Source: Takakia lepidozioides (taxonomy: Eukaryota > Plantae > Bryophyta). From it: a DNA stretch of 64,000 nucleotides. The stretch lies in NCBI GenBank assembly GCA_030704615.1, contig CM060731.1:34844001-34908000 (forward strand), in the 5' to 3' direction. Shown piece by piece: positions 12,203-23,700 of this stretch. Position 1 is the first letter of the stretch; every line of letters starts with the position of its first letter. The notes below the pieces were generated by a model. The model searched no databases. It saw only the letters and a program-made list of their open reading frames with translations, and was not told the origin of the DNA. The translations under genes and the position numbers were made by a program.

Positions 12203-14557
12203 CTAAAGGCCAGAAAACGACCTACTCACATTATGGCCCTTGTAGCTGTACATTTTCATCTCATCTCCCAAAAACTGCTCAGAAAATTCTGGCAAAAGCC
12301 AGTTCTCCATCTCGTTGATTGCTTCACCAATAATCCCCACAAGAACAAGCCCCATCTTGGAAATGATGAAAGTGGTAAGCATCCCGTACAACAACTGCTC
12401 GCCCCACAATCTTCGATATGAACTTGGTGGCTGTGTGGCAGTCTCCACACACCCGGAGGTTTTTGATGATGCGGAGCGGCGTTGCAGGTGTCGTGCTGAT
12501 GAGCCCGAAAGCGATGGCAAGCTTCTCACTGTGGTGGGAAAGAGAAGATTCCTCTTGCTCCTCCTCATCATCAGAGGCACATACCCGGCCTCCTTCATTG
12601 GTTCAGATAATCTCTTTAGCTCAGCATGGATTTCCCCAATTTGTGGATGCAATTTGTCTTCTACCATGAATGAATGCACCTGGTTGTCAATCTCAATGTA
12701 GCTGCGCCCTGGCTCCTTCCTAACACCTCTGTTCTCCATCATTTTTCTGACCTTTGCTTTATCGTCCCACCTGCCAGCTGCAGCATAGATGTTCGATAGC
12801 AGCACATATGCTGCAGCATCCTGTGGATCCCACTTGAGAAGCCATTGTGCCGCATGTTCTGCTCGATACATGTCGCCATGAACTCTGCAGGCACCAAGCA
12901 AGGCCATCCACACTGAACAATCTGGTTCGATTGGCATTTTCTTAATTAAGTCTTCTGCCTCAACCAATCGCCCTGCACGGCCAAAAAGGCCCACCATACA
13001 GCCAAAATGCTCCATTGTAGGAGTGAGGCCATGATCTTGACTCATGGAATTGAAGTAATGGCAGCCTTCTTCGACCAGGCCCACATGGCTACATGCAGAG
13101 AGAACACATGTAAAAGTGATACCATCCGGCTTCAATCCTTCCTGTTGCATTTGTTCAAATAGTTGGAGGGCCTCCCTACCATACCCATGCTGCGCATACA
13201 CTATGATAATTGCACTCCATGTGACAACATCTCGGCTAGGCATATTGTCAAACACTCGATGCACATCTTTGAGACTCCCACATTTGGCATACATGTCAAC
13301 AAGGGTATTCTCCAGAATGATATCTGGTGCAATTCCACTTTTGTTGATGTCAGCATGGACCTCTTTGCCCTTTTTGAGGGCTCCTAGGCCTGCACAAGCT
13401 TTGAGAATGCAAATGAATGTGACCCTGTCAGGCATCACACCTTCCTTGATCATTTGCTCATAGATCTCTAAAGCCTCCCTGCCACACCATTGCTGAGTAT
13501 ATACTGCTACCATAGCACTCCATGACACCACATCCCGTCTAGACATATTGTTGAACACTTGATTTGCATCCTTTATGCTCCCGCATTTTGCATACATGTC
13601 AATGAGGGTATTCTCCAGAATGATATCTGGGACAATTCCATTTCTGATGATGTCAGCATGGGCCTCCTTGCCCTTCTCGAGGGCTCCTATGCTGGCACAT
13701 GCCTTGAGAACACAAATGAATGTGACCCTGTCGGGCGTCAATCCTTCCTGTTGCATTTGCTCATATATCTCTAAAGCCTCCCTACCACACCCATGTTGAG
13801 CATATCCTGCTATCATCACACTCCAGGAGACCACATTTCGTTTAGCCATATTATCGAATACTTGACGCGCATCCTTCACACTCCCGCATTTGGTATACAT
13901 ATCAGCAAGGGTAGTGTCCAGAATAATATTTGGTGCAATTCCAATTTTGATGATGTCAGCATGGACCTCTTTCCCCTTTTCTAGAGCTCTTAGGCTGGCA
14001 CACGCTTTGAGAAGGGAAATGAATGTGACTATGCTAGGAATCATGCCTTGCTGTTGCATTTGCTGATAGATCTTGAAAGCCTCCCTACCACACCCATGTT
14101 TGGCATATCCTGCTATCATTATATTCCATGTAAATAAGTCTCTTTCAGGCATTTTGTCAAACACCTGCCGTGCATCCACCACACTCCCACACTTGGCATA
14201 CATGTTGATAAGGGTGTTGAGTAGAAAGATGTTTGGCATGAATCCGCTCTGGATAATATGGGTGTGCACCTGCTTTCCCTCTGCTAGGCCTTTTACGTTG
14301 GTACACTCCTGCAAGACACAAACGTAAGTATTTGAGTCGGCCTGAATACCTTCTTGAATCAAAATATGCAGAGCCTCTTTCAATCGTCTTGCCTTACACA
14401 GTCTCATCACATCCCCACACCTGCCAGAGAGATTCAAGTTGATTCCCACTCTAGGCCTTCTTTCCAAAGCAGTGGTGATCGTGGTCCCTGCTTCCAACAA
14501 CGCTGCCTGATTCAACGCTGCTGTCCTGCGTGACTCAAAACTCTCCGTTACACTCAC
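12203..14557 (-). CDS. PLS-class pentatricopeptide repeat protein (RNA editing factor type), E/E+ with frameshifted DYW domain; possible pseudogene
   Basis: 784-aa intronless ORF with repeated P-L-S motifs ([12 protein letters not shown]...[14 protein letters not shown]), E domain and PG box ([10 protein letters not shown]). After GYVP the DYW domain continues in another frame ([12 protein letters not shown]...[10 protein letters not shown]...CSCGDYW, stop at 12324). The ORF opens on GTG, so the true start is uncertain. Confidence 0.9.
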   Translation of the reverse strand: MSVTESFESRRTAALNQAALLEAGTTITTALERRPRVGINLNLSGRCGDVMRLCKARRLKEALHILIQEGIQADSNTYVCVLQECTNVKGLAEGKQVHTHIIQSGFMPNIFLLNTLINMYAKCGSVVDARQVFDKMPERDLFTWNIMIAGYAKHGCGREAFKIYQQMQQQGMIPSIVTFISLLKACASLRALEKGKEVHADIIKIGIAPNIILDTTLADMYTKCGSVKDARQVFDNMAKRNVVSWSVMIAGYAQHGCGREALEIYEQMQQEGLTPDRVTFICVLKACASIGALEKGKEAHADIIRNGIVPDIILENTLIDMYAKCGSIKDANQVFNNMSRRDVVSWSAMVAVYTQQWCGREALEIYEQMIKEGVMPDRVTFICILKACAGLGALKKGKEVHADINKSGIAPDIILENTLVDMYAKCGSLKDVHRVFDNMPSRDVVTWSAIIIVYAQHGYGREALQLFEQMQQEGLKPDGITFTCVLSACSHVGLVEEGCHYFNSMSQDHGLTPTMEHFGCMVGLFGRAGRLVEAEDLIKKMPIEPDCSVWMALLGACRVHGDMYRAEHAAQWLLKWDPQDAAAYVLLSNIYAAAGRWDDKAKVRKMMENRGVRKEPGRSYIEIDNQVHSFMVEDKLHPQIGEIHAELKRLSEPMKEAGYVPLMMRRSKRNLLFPTTVRSLPSLSGSSARHLQRRSASSKTSGCVETATQPPSSYRRLWGEQLLYGMLTTFIISKMGLVLVGIIGEAINEMENWLLPEFSEQFLGDEMKMYSYKGHNVSRSFSGL

Positions 14558-16298
14558 ACTGATACATCACAAAGCTCCTAGATGCTAAAATGAAAGATGT
14601 TTTCATGAGGACAGGCTCCTTGGCAAATACTAACAGGTCACAAAACTACTGCAGTCATCTACGTTGAAAGGTACTGTAAATTCTATCTATTGCGATTGGA
14701 ACCCTCAAATCATTATGAAAACAATACCTCATACACCCTCGGCCTGGAGATCCATCGTGTCCATCGACATTAAAACAACAGACTTGCTCTCGACCTTGAA
14801 CCATGACAGATAGCTCCACTTCCACCCTAGGGCGGTTTGACCAACCCTCCATCCAAAGAACTTCATTTGTACGCTTGAGTCTCAAGTCGGCTGATCTCGG
14901 CCCATTCTGTGGAAACCAGCAGTGGGAGGCTGAGCACCCATAGCTTTGACCACAGACTTGCATATACAAGGCTACCACCGCCAAAGCTCCAAGCATATTT
15001 CAAACAAGACGAACGATCTACAGCAAGCTACTGATAACCAGTCGTGGTGCTTTTGTGCGAAGAGCAAAATTGGCACTAACTAATCCGGAGAAAGATTCTA
15101 GTCCACAGAACATAATCCTGCAGCTGTAAGCACAAACTCTCCTTCACAAATGACTGTAATCTCACCTTCTCGAACCTGCTGTGCCACCTCTGTGTAGGAT
15201 CTGAGGAGACCTCCAGCCAGAGGCGTTCTTTGCTCATTGAACTACGAGGGCATGAGAACTTCTCCAGTTTCCCATGGCCACAATCTCCTCGAGCCTGCAT
15301 AGCTCCGACCGCAAGGAGACCAAACGAACATAGCAAGTGTCACACATGCGCACCTTTCTTCCCTCCCTGCAAGCTGGGAGGCGTCGGAGCCATCCTTTGC
15401 AAGGGTATCGGCCCTGGCATCCCCGAAATTGATAAAGATATTAGTTCCGCAGCCATGCCAATTAATCTGCTGCTTGATGTAAGACCAACTGCCTGCCCAG
15501 CTTTGGAAGAAGATGCGGTCTTGGGTGTAGCCTCAGAGCGCCGGAGCACCCTGCCATCCCTTGTCTTCTCTCACGCTTACAAACACATGGCTTTTCTTGT
15601 TCTGCATCCCAAAAACCACGAAATCTCCCGAAAGAACAGCGCAATTGTTCAGTCCAAACACTTTGCTCAAAGAGAATTCGACGGCATGTGTTGCCACTTG
15701 TCCTGCCGACGTTCTCAAGTCCTAAGTGTGGGTGGAGTGAGCTTGTTGGCAATGTAGCTTAGTCATTGGAAGGTTCAACCTGCCCACTTGACCCAAGAGC
15801 TGCGAGATACTTGAAGCTCGAGCATGCAGATATGGGAGCAAGAACATACGGGAATGCGGGGCCGGGTCCGTGTAAGTCCATCGACAGGATTTCATAGCTG
15901 GGGTGTTTCGGAAGTGCATCGTTCAGATGTACCACGGAACCAATCGCTTGAGTGAGCCTTGCAAAGCCTTTCACTGTAACAAAGAGGCTGTTTGTGGTAT
16001 GCTGACTAAGGTGGGTTGTGAAGTTCATGAAGCACTGCCACATCCAACAGTTTGCACATGACCAGCGTTTGCATTACGGGGGGTTGCATTCTGTAAAGAT
16101 GTACTCATTGATGGGTTCTAAGATGGTGGCCGTACCGTATCCTTGTGGGTATCACTGCATCCTCACACAGAGACCAGGGAGAGAGTGCAGTCATGAAACT
16201 TGCTTGCCATACCCTTGTCGCCACAGACATTGTGCCCAGAATGAGGAAGAGAAACCCAGAGTCTTTTGAGGGATTGGCACCCACCAGGGTTTAGAGAA

Positions 16299-16392
16299 TG
16301 CACTCATAAGACTTTGTTTGCTGTAGCCTTGTGGCCATAGAGGAATAGACACTACCTTTGTGAGGGGCTCACTCCAGTAATGCTTACCTTGA
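16299..16392 (-). mobile_element. Non-LTR retrotransposon family A, short decayed 3' fragment
   Basis: Reverse complement matches the family A 3' end (aggtaag...gcccct.acaaaggtag...ggccacaaggctac...gtcttatgagt.cattctct). Flanked by the direct repeat cagggtttagagaa at 16285-16298 and 16398-16411. Confidence 0.7.
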
Positions 16393-16409
16393 CTTGGCAG
16401 GGTTTAGAG

Positions 16410-17038
16410 AATGTACTCATAAGTCGTTGTTTGCCGTAGCCTTGTGGCAATTGACCCCGCACCCAGTTTGAGCGGAAACCAAAGGAACAGAACCTACCTC
16501 TGTCAGGGGCTGACGTTGGTAGTAAGACTTACCTTCATACCTATAATTGATCCGGGTTTTCCAGATATCCTCTAGAAATCCCTTCACACACGCATCAATC
16601 TGCTGTGTGTGATTTGCCCAAAAACTAGGCCTCAGAAGGGCCTGGGCTTTTGGCTCAGCCACGAGACTTTCAAGTTGGTAAACAGAGGTACAGGCACAAC
16701 TCCCTTGATAGATTTGAAGCGAGCGTCTCTTTGGTGAGGGAACCCCGGACAGTGTATCAGAAAATGAATACTGTCTTCAGGTTGCCCACACAATGGGCAA
16801 TTGCACTCTCCTTTTCCTCTCTGCTTCTGTTTGCTGTTCAAAGGTAGGCTTCCTGCCCCGAGTTTAAATTTCAGTCTAGTGCCGAGAGTGGGTAGACCCT
16901 TGAGGTCATCCAAGATGTCCTCCCCCATGTCACAGACTGGAAACAAGTTCAGGGAAGTTTTCTGCCTAACTTCATTTTCATCAGACAATTTCATGGCAAC
17001 AGACATGGCTTTGCACACTACAGCCTCTAAGTCAGATT
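16410..17038 (-). mobile_element. Non-LTR retrotransposon family A, 5'-truncated copy
   Basis: ORFs 16632-17018 and 16417-16662 are near-identical to 26047-26817 (RLKFKL.AGSLPL...CPLCGQ.EDSIHFLIHC), with one frameshift. The 5' end abuts an (AG)n run at 17039-17053. Confidence 0.9.
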
Positions 17039-17184
17039 AGAGAGAGAGAGAGATGCAACCCTCCATCCATACGACCCAGAACTTATTCTGCGTACTGGAG
17101 ACGTTGAAGTTGAAGAAAAGGGGGCCAGATAGCCATCAACAATTGAAATGACAGCTCATGGGTTTCACTTATTTGACCTTCCTG

Positions 17185-19764
17185 TTACCAATAATCATTG
17201 CAGGAACACACCCCATTCTTGAAGTGATGAAAGCGGGTGGAATCCCTTGCAACAATTTCTCGCCCAACAACCTTAGAGATGAACTTGGTGGCAGTGTGAC
17301 AATCGCCACATACCCGAAGGTTTTTTATTATTCGGATAGGTGTCCCTGGGGTCGTGCTGATGAGCCCAAAGGCAATGGCCAGTTTTTCACTGTGGTGGCA
17401 GAGAGCCTGTTCCTTCTCACCTCCATTCACATTATGCAAGACAAAGCGCGTGTCTGGCACATATCCTGCCTCTTTCATAAGCCTCATTAATCTCTCCAAC
17501 TCAGTATAGATCTCCTCTGTTTGTGGGTGTGATCTATCTTCTGCAGTAAATGCATATACCATGCTCTTAACTTCAATCCAGGTGCACCCTGACTCCTTTT
17601 TCACACCTCTGGCCTCCATCACTTTTCTCACTTTTGCTACTTCATCCCACCTGCCAGATGCAGCATAGATGTTTGAAAGAATCACATACACTGCAGAATC
17701 TTGTGGTTCCAACCTGAGGATGTGGTATGCAGCCCGTTCAGCCAGCTCCACGTTGCCGTGAGATCTGCAGGCACCAAGCAAGGCTCCCCAGACAGGAGCA
17801 CCTGGTTCAACCGTCATTTTGCTGATCAAGTCCTCTGCCTCATTCAACATCTCTGCACGGCCAAGAACGTCAACCATGCAGCCATAGTGCTTCTCTGTTG
17901 GTGTGATGCCATGATCTCGACTCATAGAAATGAAGTAATGATGGGCTTCATCAACTAGGCCCACATGGTTGCATGCTGACAGCACACCAATAAATGTAAT
18001 ATTATCTGGCTTGACCTTGTGGGATTTCATCTTTTCAAAGAGTTGGAGGGCCTCCATACCATGCCCATGGTGGGCATATCCTATAATCATCGCATTCCAT
18101 GAAACAACATCTCGTTCAAGAATTCTGTCAAACACTTGCCGTGCAACCCCCACACTTCCACATTTGGCATACATGTCAACAAGGGCATTCCCCACACAGA
18201 CCTCTGACTCGAATCCAGATTTGAGAATGTTAGTATGGACCAGCTTGCCCTCTTCCAGGGCAGCTAGGCTGGCACAAATGTTGAGGATGCTAATGAAAGT
18301 CACCCTATCAGGCTTTACGCCTTCTCGCTGCATTTGTTGAAGGAGTTCAAATGCCTCTACACCATGCCCTTCCTGAGCATATCCTGCAATCATTGCATTC
18401 CATGAAACTACATTTCGTTCAGCCATTTTGAAGAACACTTGGCGAGCATCCACCAAACTCTGGCACTTGCAGTACATGCTGACAAGGGCAGTCCCCACTC
18501 GGACATCCGACTCAAGTCCCATAGTAATGATGCCTACGTGCACCCACTTACCCTGCTGCAGAAATGCTGGGATGGCACATGCATTGAGAATGCTCACAAA
18601 AGTAACCTTGTTGGGCTTCATGTCTTCCTGTTGCATTTGCCAGAAGAGTTCAAATGCATTTGTAGCATACCCTTCCTGAGCATATCCAGCAATCATTGCG
18701 TTCCATGAAACTACATTTCGTTCTGGCATTTTATTGAACACTTGGCGAGCATCCACCACATTCCCGCACTTGCAATACATGCTGACAAGGGCAGTTCCCA
18801 CTCGGACATCTGCCTCAAATCCAGCTTTCACGATGCCTGCGTGCAGCTGCTTACCCTGCTCCAGAGCTGCTGGGCTAGCACAGGCACTGAGGATGCTGAT
18901 GAAACTGACCTTATCTGCCTTCATGCCTGCCAGTTGCATTTGCCGAAAGAGTTCAACAGCCTCCTCACTGTGACCAAGCTGAGCAGATCCTGCAATCATA
19001 GCAGTCCATGAGACCACATCTCGCTTTGGCATCTTATCGAACACTTGCCGCGCATCCATCACCCTCCCATACTTGCAAAACATGCTGACAAGGGCAGTCC
19101 CCACATGCACATCTGACTCCAATTTGGAGTCAATGATGCTGGCATGGACATGCTTGCTTTGCTCCAGAGCTATTGGACTTGCACATGCGGGAAGGATGCT
19201 CATGAAGGTGACCTTGTTTGGCTTTACACCTTGTTGTTGCATTTGCTGGAACAGTTCAAATGCATCTTCACCATGCCCTTGCTGAGCTAATCCTGCAATC
19301 ATTGCATTCCATGAGATCACATTCCTCTTAGGCATCTTGTCAAATGCTTGGCGTGCATCCTGGATACTTCCACACTTCACATACATGCTGACAAGGCTGT
19401 TTCCTAGGAAGATATCCGACTCGAATCCCCTTTCAATAATGTGGGCATGGAGCCCCTTGCCATCTGCCAGGGCTTTTGTTTTGGCACACTCCTGCAAGAG
19501 ACCAGCACAGGTATCGCAATATGCCCGAAAGCCTCGTTGTTCCATAAGATCTAGAATATGTATTGCGTCTTTGATTTCTCCAGTATGGCATGTTGTGGTT
19601 CTCACATTCTCAACAGTTCCACCAGTATGCTTGTTGCCTCCCCCTCCCGTTGGCCTTTGAATGTGTCTTCCAGGACAAGCAGTGGTGATAGGAGACATGC
19701 CAAGACCTACACCCTTGCCCCCACTTTGATGCTGAACAATGTGCTTCCAAACTTGAAACCACAT
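17185..19764 (-). CDS. PLS-DYW pentatricopeptide repeat protein, organellar C-to-U RNA editing factor
   Basis: 859-aa intronless ORF from ATG. It has a PLS array, E/E+ domains, a PG-box variant (KKESGCTWIEV), the deaminase Zn motifs HSEKLA and CGDCH, and terminal CSCNDYW. Confidence 0.96.
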   Translation of the reverse strand: MWFQVWKHIVQHQSGGKGVGLGMSPITTACPGRHIQRPTGGGGNKHTGGTVENVRTTTCHTGEIKDAIHILDLMEQRGFRAYCDTCAGLLQECAKTKALADGKGLHAHIIERGFESDIFLGNSLVSMYVKCGSIQDARQAFDKMPKRNVISWNAMIAGLAQQGHGEDAFELFQQMQQQGVKPNKVTFMSILPACASPIALEQSKHVHASIIDSKLESDVHVGTALVSMFCKYGRVMDARQVFDKMPKRDVVSWTAMIAGSAQLGHSEEAVELFRQMQLAGMKADKVSFISILSACASPAALEQGKQLHAGIVKAGFEADVRVGTALVSMYCKCGNVVDARQVFNKMPERNVVSWNAMIAGYAQEGYATNAFELFWQMQQEDMKPNKVTFVSILNACAIPAFLQQGKWVHVGIITMGLESDVRVGTALVSMYCKCQSLVDARQVFFKMAERNVVSWNAMIAGYAQEGHGVEAFELLQQMQREGVKPDRVTFISILNICASLAALEEGKLVHTNILKSGFESEVCVGNALVDMYAKCGSVGVARQVFDRILERDVVSWNAMIIGYAHHGHGMEALQLFEKMKSHKVKPDNITFIGVLSACNHVGLVDEAHHYFISMSRDHGITPTEKHYGCMVDVLGRAEMLNEAEDLISKMTVEPGAPVWGALLGACRSHGNVELAERAAYHILRLEPQDSAVYVILSNIYAASGRWDEVAKVRKVMEARGVKKESGCTWIEVKSMVYAFTAEDRSHPQTEEIYTELERLMRLMKEAGYVPDTRFVLHNVNGGEKEQALCHHSEKLAIAFGLISTTPGTPIRIIKNLRVCGDCHTATKFISKVVGREIVARDSTRFHHFKNGVCSCNDYW

Positions 19765-20564
19765 TGCCCTGCACCAATATTTCTTTTAGAAAAGCTCCAA
19801 ACGGCTTTTCTCATGTGACGTCCCTCTCTCACACACACAGAGGTACACATAGCCACCGTTAATTCCTCTTTTAATCCAAACTAAGATCTTTAGGTTTAAG
19901 ACAGGCTCAAGAACAAGATCACAGTGACATGTTTCTCATGTGATAAAATCTAGTGGCACATGCCACTGCTCATACTCCCATAGTACTTCCACAAAATTTT
20001 ATACACAGACACATGCCTGCTCTTTCCAACATTTCTCATCTTTTCGTCAAAGCTCTGATGCATGCTTCAATACCAAAAGCTCTTATGCACTCAAGACAGA
20101 CAGCTCACTGTTACCAAACTTACTCTCACAAGTGCGCATTTTTTTCCTCTCGTAATTTATTAGCAGTTTTTTCCAACAGCGGTTGACAGTAAACAGGCTC
20201 ATTGCCTCATCATGTGGGTACTTCAATCATATCTCTCCACTAAGAAAGTCCTTGCAAGACCATAAAAATTCACCCTAGAGGTGTTAATGGCGTCATAACA
20301 GGACCTTCAACAGGAACCCACAGGTGCAGTACAAACAAAAGGAGAGAATTTACCTCCAAGATCCCTTCGCTCAAGGCAGCAACCCTTTGAAACCCCCGCG
20401 ATCCTTCGTCTCCATCATCACCCATGCCCACAACCTCAATTCTCATCAAATCCACCCAGACCCACTAATCACTAGCATTATTAATTTCTTATCGCTGCCG
20501 GGTGTGCGTAGCATGTGTAAATAAGCTAGTAAAATTTGGTGGTGTTCGACGATCACACTCTCGA

Positions 20565-20785
20565 ACTTTTTCACCCAGATCTGTGGGAAGCCACTCTGCA
20601 GGCCAGCAAACTCTCGGATTACCACGTTGCAACCAAGTGTCTTTCCAGGCTTCCACTCCTAGGTCGCCGAATTCCAGGCCATGGAAGAACACCACATCCA
20701 AGCTTGTCTCGCAAGCCTCAGCGTCGGGCGGCCATAACTGATGAATCTGCGGTGTGCACTCCGTGAAAGGTGAAGACAAGTACAC
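20565..20785 (-). pseudogene. Fragment of alpha/beta-hydrolase (SERAC1/PGAP1-like) domain, as found N-terminal in bryophyte hydrolase-NBS-LRR proteins
   Basis: Translation IHQLWPP...LDVVFFHGL...AWKDTW...VCWPAEWLPTDLGEKVR matches the conserved start of this domain. Similarity stops before the GxSxG nucleophile motif, and no NB-ARC is seen. Confidence 0.7.
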
Positions 20786-23700
20786 AACTTCAACCTTTTT
20801 AGCACCTCCAGATTAAAGACCATGAGCCTTCCTGGACAGAACATTGAAACCTCCTTTAGCACAGGGGAGCTGAAAGTCTGTGTGACGAGAAGGCCAACCA
20901 ACTCTCCTGGCACGAGTCTGAGTTACACTTCCACATGGGGCACCCTGAATTAGTGTAGGCCATCAAACTTAGTCGCCCATGCAACTCTTGACTGTGATAC
21001 AGCACATCCCGAATGCCTAGACTGCATATTTTCTCCAGTTCATTTTGAAAGTCTAGCTTCTGAGCTAGTATTATATGAAGGTATGGATTAACTCAGCTCT
21101 GCACAAACTCTGCGCAAATGGATCAAAGTGGCTTATACTTGTAGCGTTAGTATTATTGTTGTTGTTAACTGGGCTTGGTTGGTCCTGGCCCATCTAACTC
21201 ATCGTAAGGCTCAATTCTGGATCTTGTAGCTCTAGACGTACGAGAGGCACTTAAAAGATAGTTATCATGCCGAGTGTGTTATGAGAGTATTCGAATACCC
21301 TCAGTATTTTCTGGCAGTAGGGAATACTGACAGTAGGGAAGCAATGGAGAGTCCACTGTGCTCTAAAAAGTTGGACACCCGAGGATACCGAGAGTGCTTG
21401 GAACCAGCTGTTTTGAGCCTTGTGACGACCCCGGCTGTCAACGAAAGAAAGAACTTTATTAGGTCCGTTGGAGGCCCATGAGGTACAGTAGAACCACACA
21501 AACCAGCTTGTGTAAAATCGAGCACCTTCTATCAAGGGAGGTGCAAGGTAAAAATCTTCATGAACTGTCAGTGTTGCCATTCACAGATTTCTAATGTGGT
21601 TGCACTGTCAGAAGCAAACAAGTGGTAGGTCTCAATGAGAGACAAATTCATACAGAAATAAGGGACCAATTTGAGGAACTTCAATAGTTTAAAATGGTAT
21701 CAAAGCGCAGGAATTTGGTTTCTCGTTTATCTCACCCAAAAGTGGCGAGGTCGAGGTTTATGGTTCTCACCGGGTATTTGCAGGGCACGCAGGTAATTAC
21801 AGCGAGGAGATTAAAAAACTCTGTGCAAAAGACGATTTTCTATTTGAGTGCATTAAACTCAGCTGAAGATGGAGAAAGCCAGGATTTCAGCAAATGGTGG
21901 TGAGCCTTCCACTTTCACCCCTTCCGTTCTCCCTTTTAGAATGTGGGTATCCCATGTTTTCTCAGACACAGGAGGAGATCTGAAGCTCATTCTATGTACC
22001 CGATTGGTCTAAAGGTCTCAGAGCCGTGCAAGCTAGAGCTGCAATCCTTCAAGATTGCTTTGTATAAGGATATGGGCATTGATGATGAAATTGGTATCAT
22101 TTCTAAGTTCTCGGGCTTTCTTCTCCTTACCGCTTGCTAGAGGTTATGACATTTCTTCATTTCCTTTGGTCTTCCCTGTCTCGATAGCAAGATTATGTTA
22201 GGGTGCAAAAATGCTTCTTTGCACTTGGCAAGTAATGGGAAGCCATCTTATTATGAGGCACGTCATTGGTTGGAGGTTGAGAAAAAGTGACAGGTGGGCC
22301 AGCTGCATACCTGAATACATTGTGGTAATTGGGTCATTTGTGTGCAGCATTGGCATGCAAGACTGACATCCAGGATACATGCAATAAATGGCAGCATATG
22401 TCCCCTGGTATTGTGCTGAAGTGCTTGAGGTATGTACAAGAAAAAGAGCAACTCTTCCAGCTAGATCAATTGGTAAATGTTTGAGATTTATTTGTGGGAA
22501 CATTGTAAGAGAAGATAGGCCACCAAAGGTGCACGGCAGTGCTTCAGAACTAAGAAGGATACTGCAACAGACTACAAACTGGATCCCAGTTCACATGCCA
22601 AGTGTAGCGACGATGCTGGTAAGCTGTGCAAGGATGTTCCTGCCGAGGAAGGCCTTATCCAGGCTTGCCTGGTTTGACTCTCTACTTAGATGCTGCCCTG
22701 CCCTTTTACATTTTCTTGGTTCAGGTGTAGGGCATCTTCCTCCGATTGTGTCATCCAGGACACTCGTTAATAACATGAAGCAGTGCATGCAGTATCCACA
22801 TCACTTAGTTTGTAACCTTTGGATATTTTTTTGTTGGTCAGAGGAGAAACAACCCATGATATGCACTTGAGTATTCCACTTTACAGAGGTACTTGTCTCT
22901 TCATTGCATGACGCAGTCAATCTGACATTCCGCACAAAACCCCTGATTCTTATTTCAGTTCTTGCATTCCTTCTGTGGATTGCTATCTCGCCAGCAAGGT
23001 ATCTCCCTGATTCATGAATTCAGCTTAGGGCAGTTTATCACCAGTTCAATGTCTGTACAAATGTACTTTGATCTAACCAACATTTCTTGGGGCGAGACAA
23101 TGTTGTCTTTCTGAGAACTCCTTGGCCAGCCCAATCCAAATCAGAGGATTCAAGACTATGAATCTGGTTGGAAGTAGAAAGAGGTCCCAAATATAAAACA
23201 AGAGACAATCATGATAAAATTTCTATATCCAGCGACATGAGATTTTGAGTTTTACTAAGAAAACAGCTTAATTGATCTCTCCGAACCAATTTTTTTTTAT
23301 CATGTGGTCAGCCTGTCTCAATGACAAGCAGAAGTTCTGTAAGGATGTGCAACCTGGGGATGCATGATTGCAAGAGGGCCTAGAAAGTCACCACCTTGAT
23401 CCAGATTTTTTGCATGCCTGGTACACCTTTACCTTCTCATAACTTCACCATCACTGGTTCCGAACCATCTATGTTCAGTTAAGTGCTCAAAGCTTGTAGG
23501 GTCTGCCTCAAACAGTGAGTCTAGGTAGTTGCATGGGACCCTAATGAGTGCAAGGGCAGCGGGCTGATCCTCTGCTTAAACTTTTTGGGGGAAAATCCTG
23601 TGTAATGCGGATTTACTGAAATCATACAAATTTACCTCCTGTTTCCTGCCCAGAAGTAGGGATATGGGCTGAAGTGCTTGTTATGAGACCCTGGCAATTG

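Noticed and set aside
14655-16270. Several 60-175 aa ORFs between the PPR genes
   Set aside because: No recognisable motif or consistent exon structure. They may be decayed coding sequence but cannot be called.
16285-16411. Interstitial telomeric repeat (agggttt)
   Set aside because: Only single units, duplicated as part of a LINE target-site duplication.
13100-19660. Repeated plus-strand ORFs (e.g. ...[11 protein letters not shown]...)
   Set aside because: They are antisense shadows of the PPR repeats.
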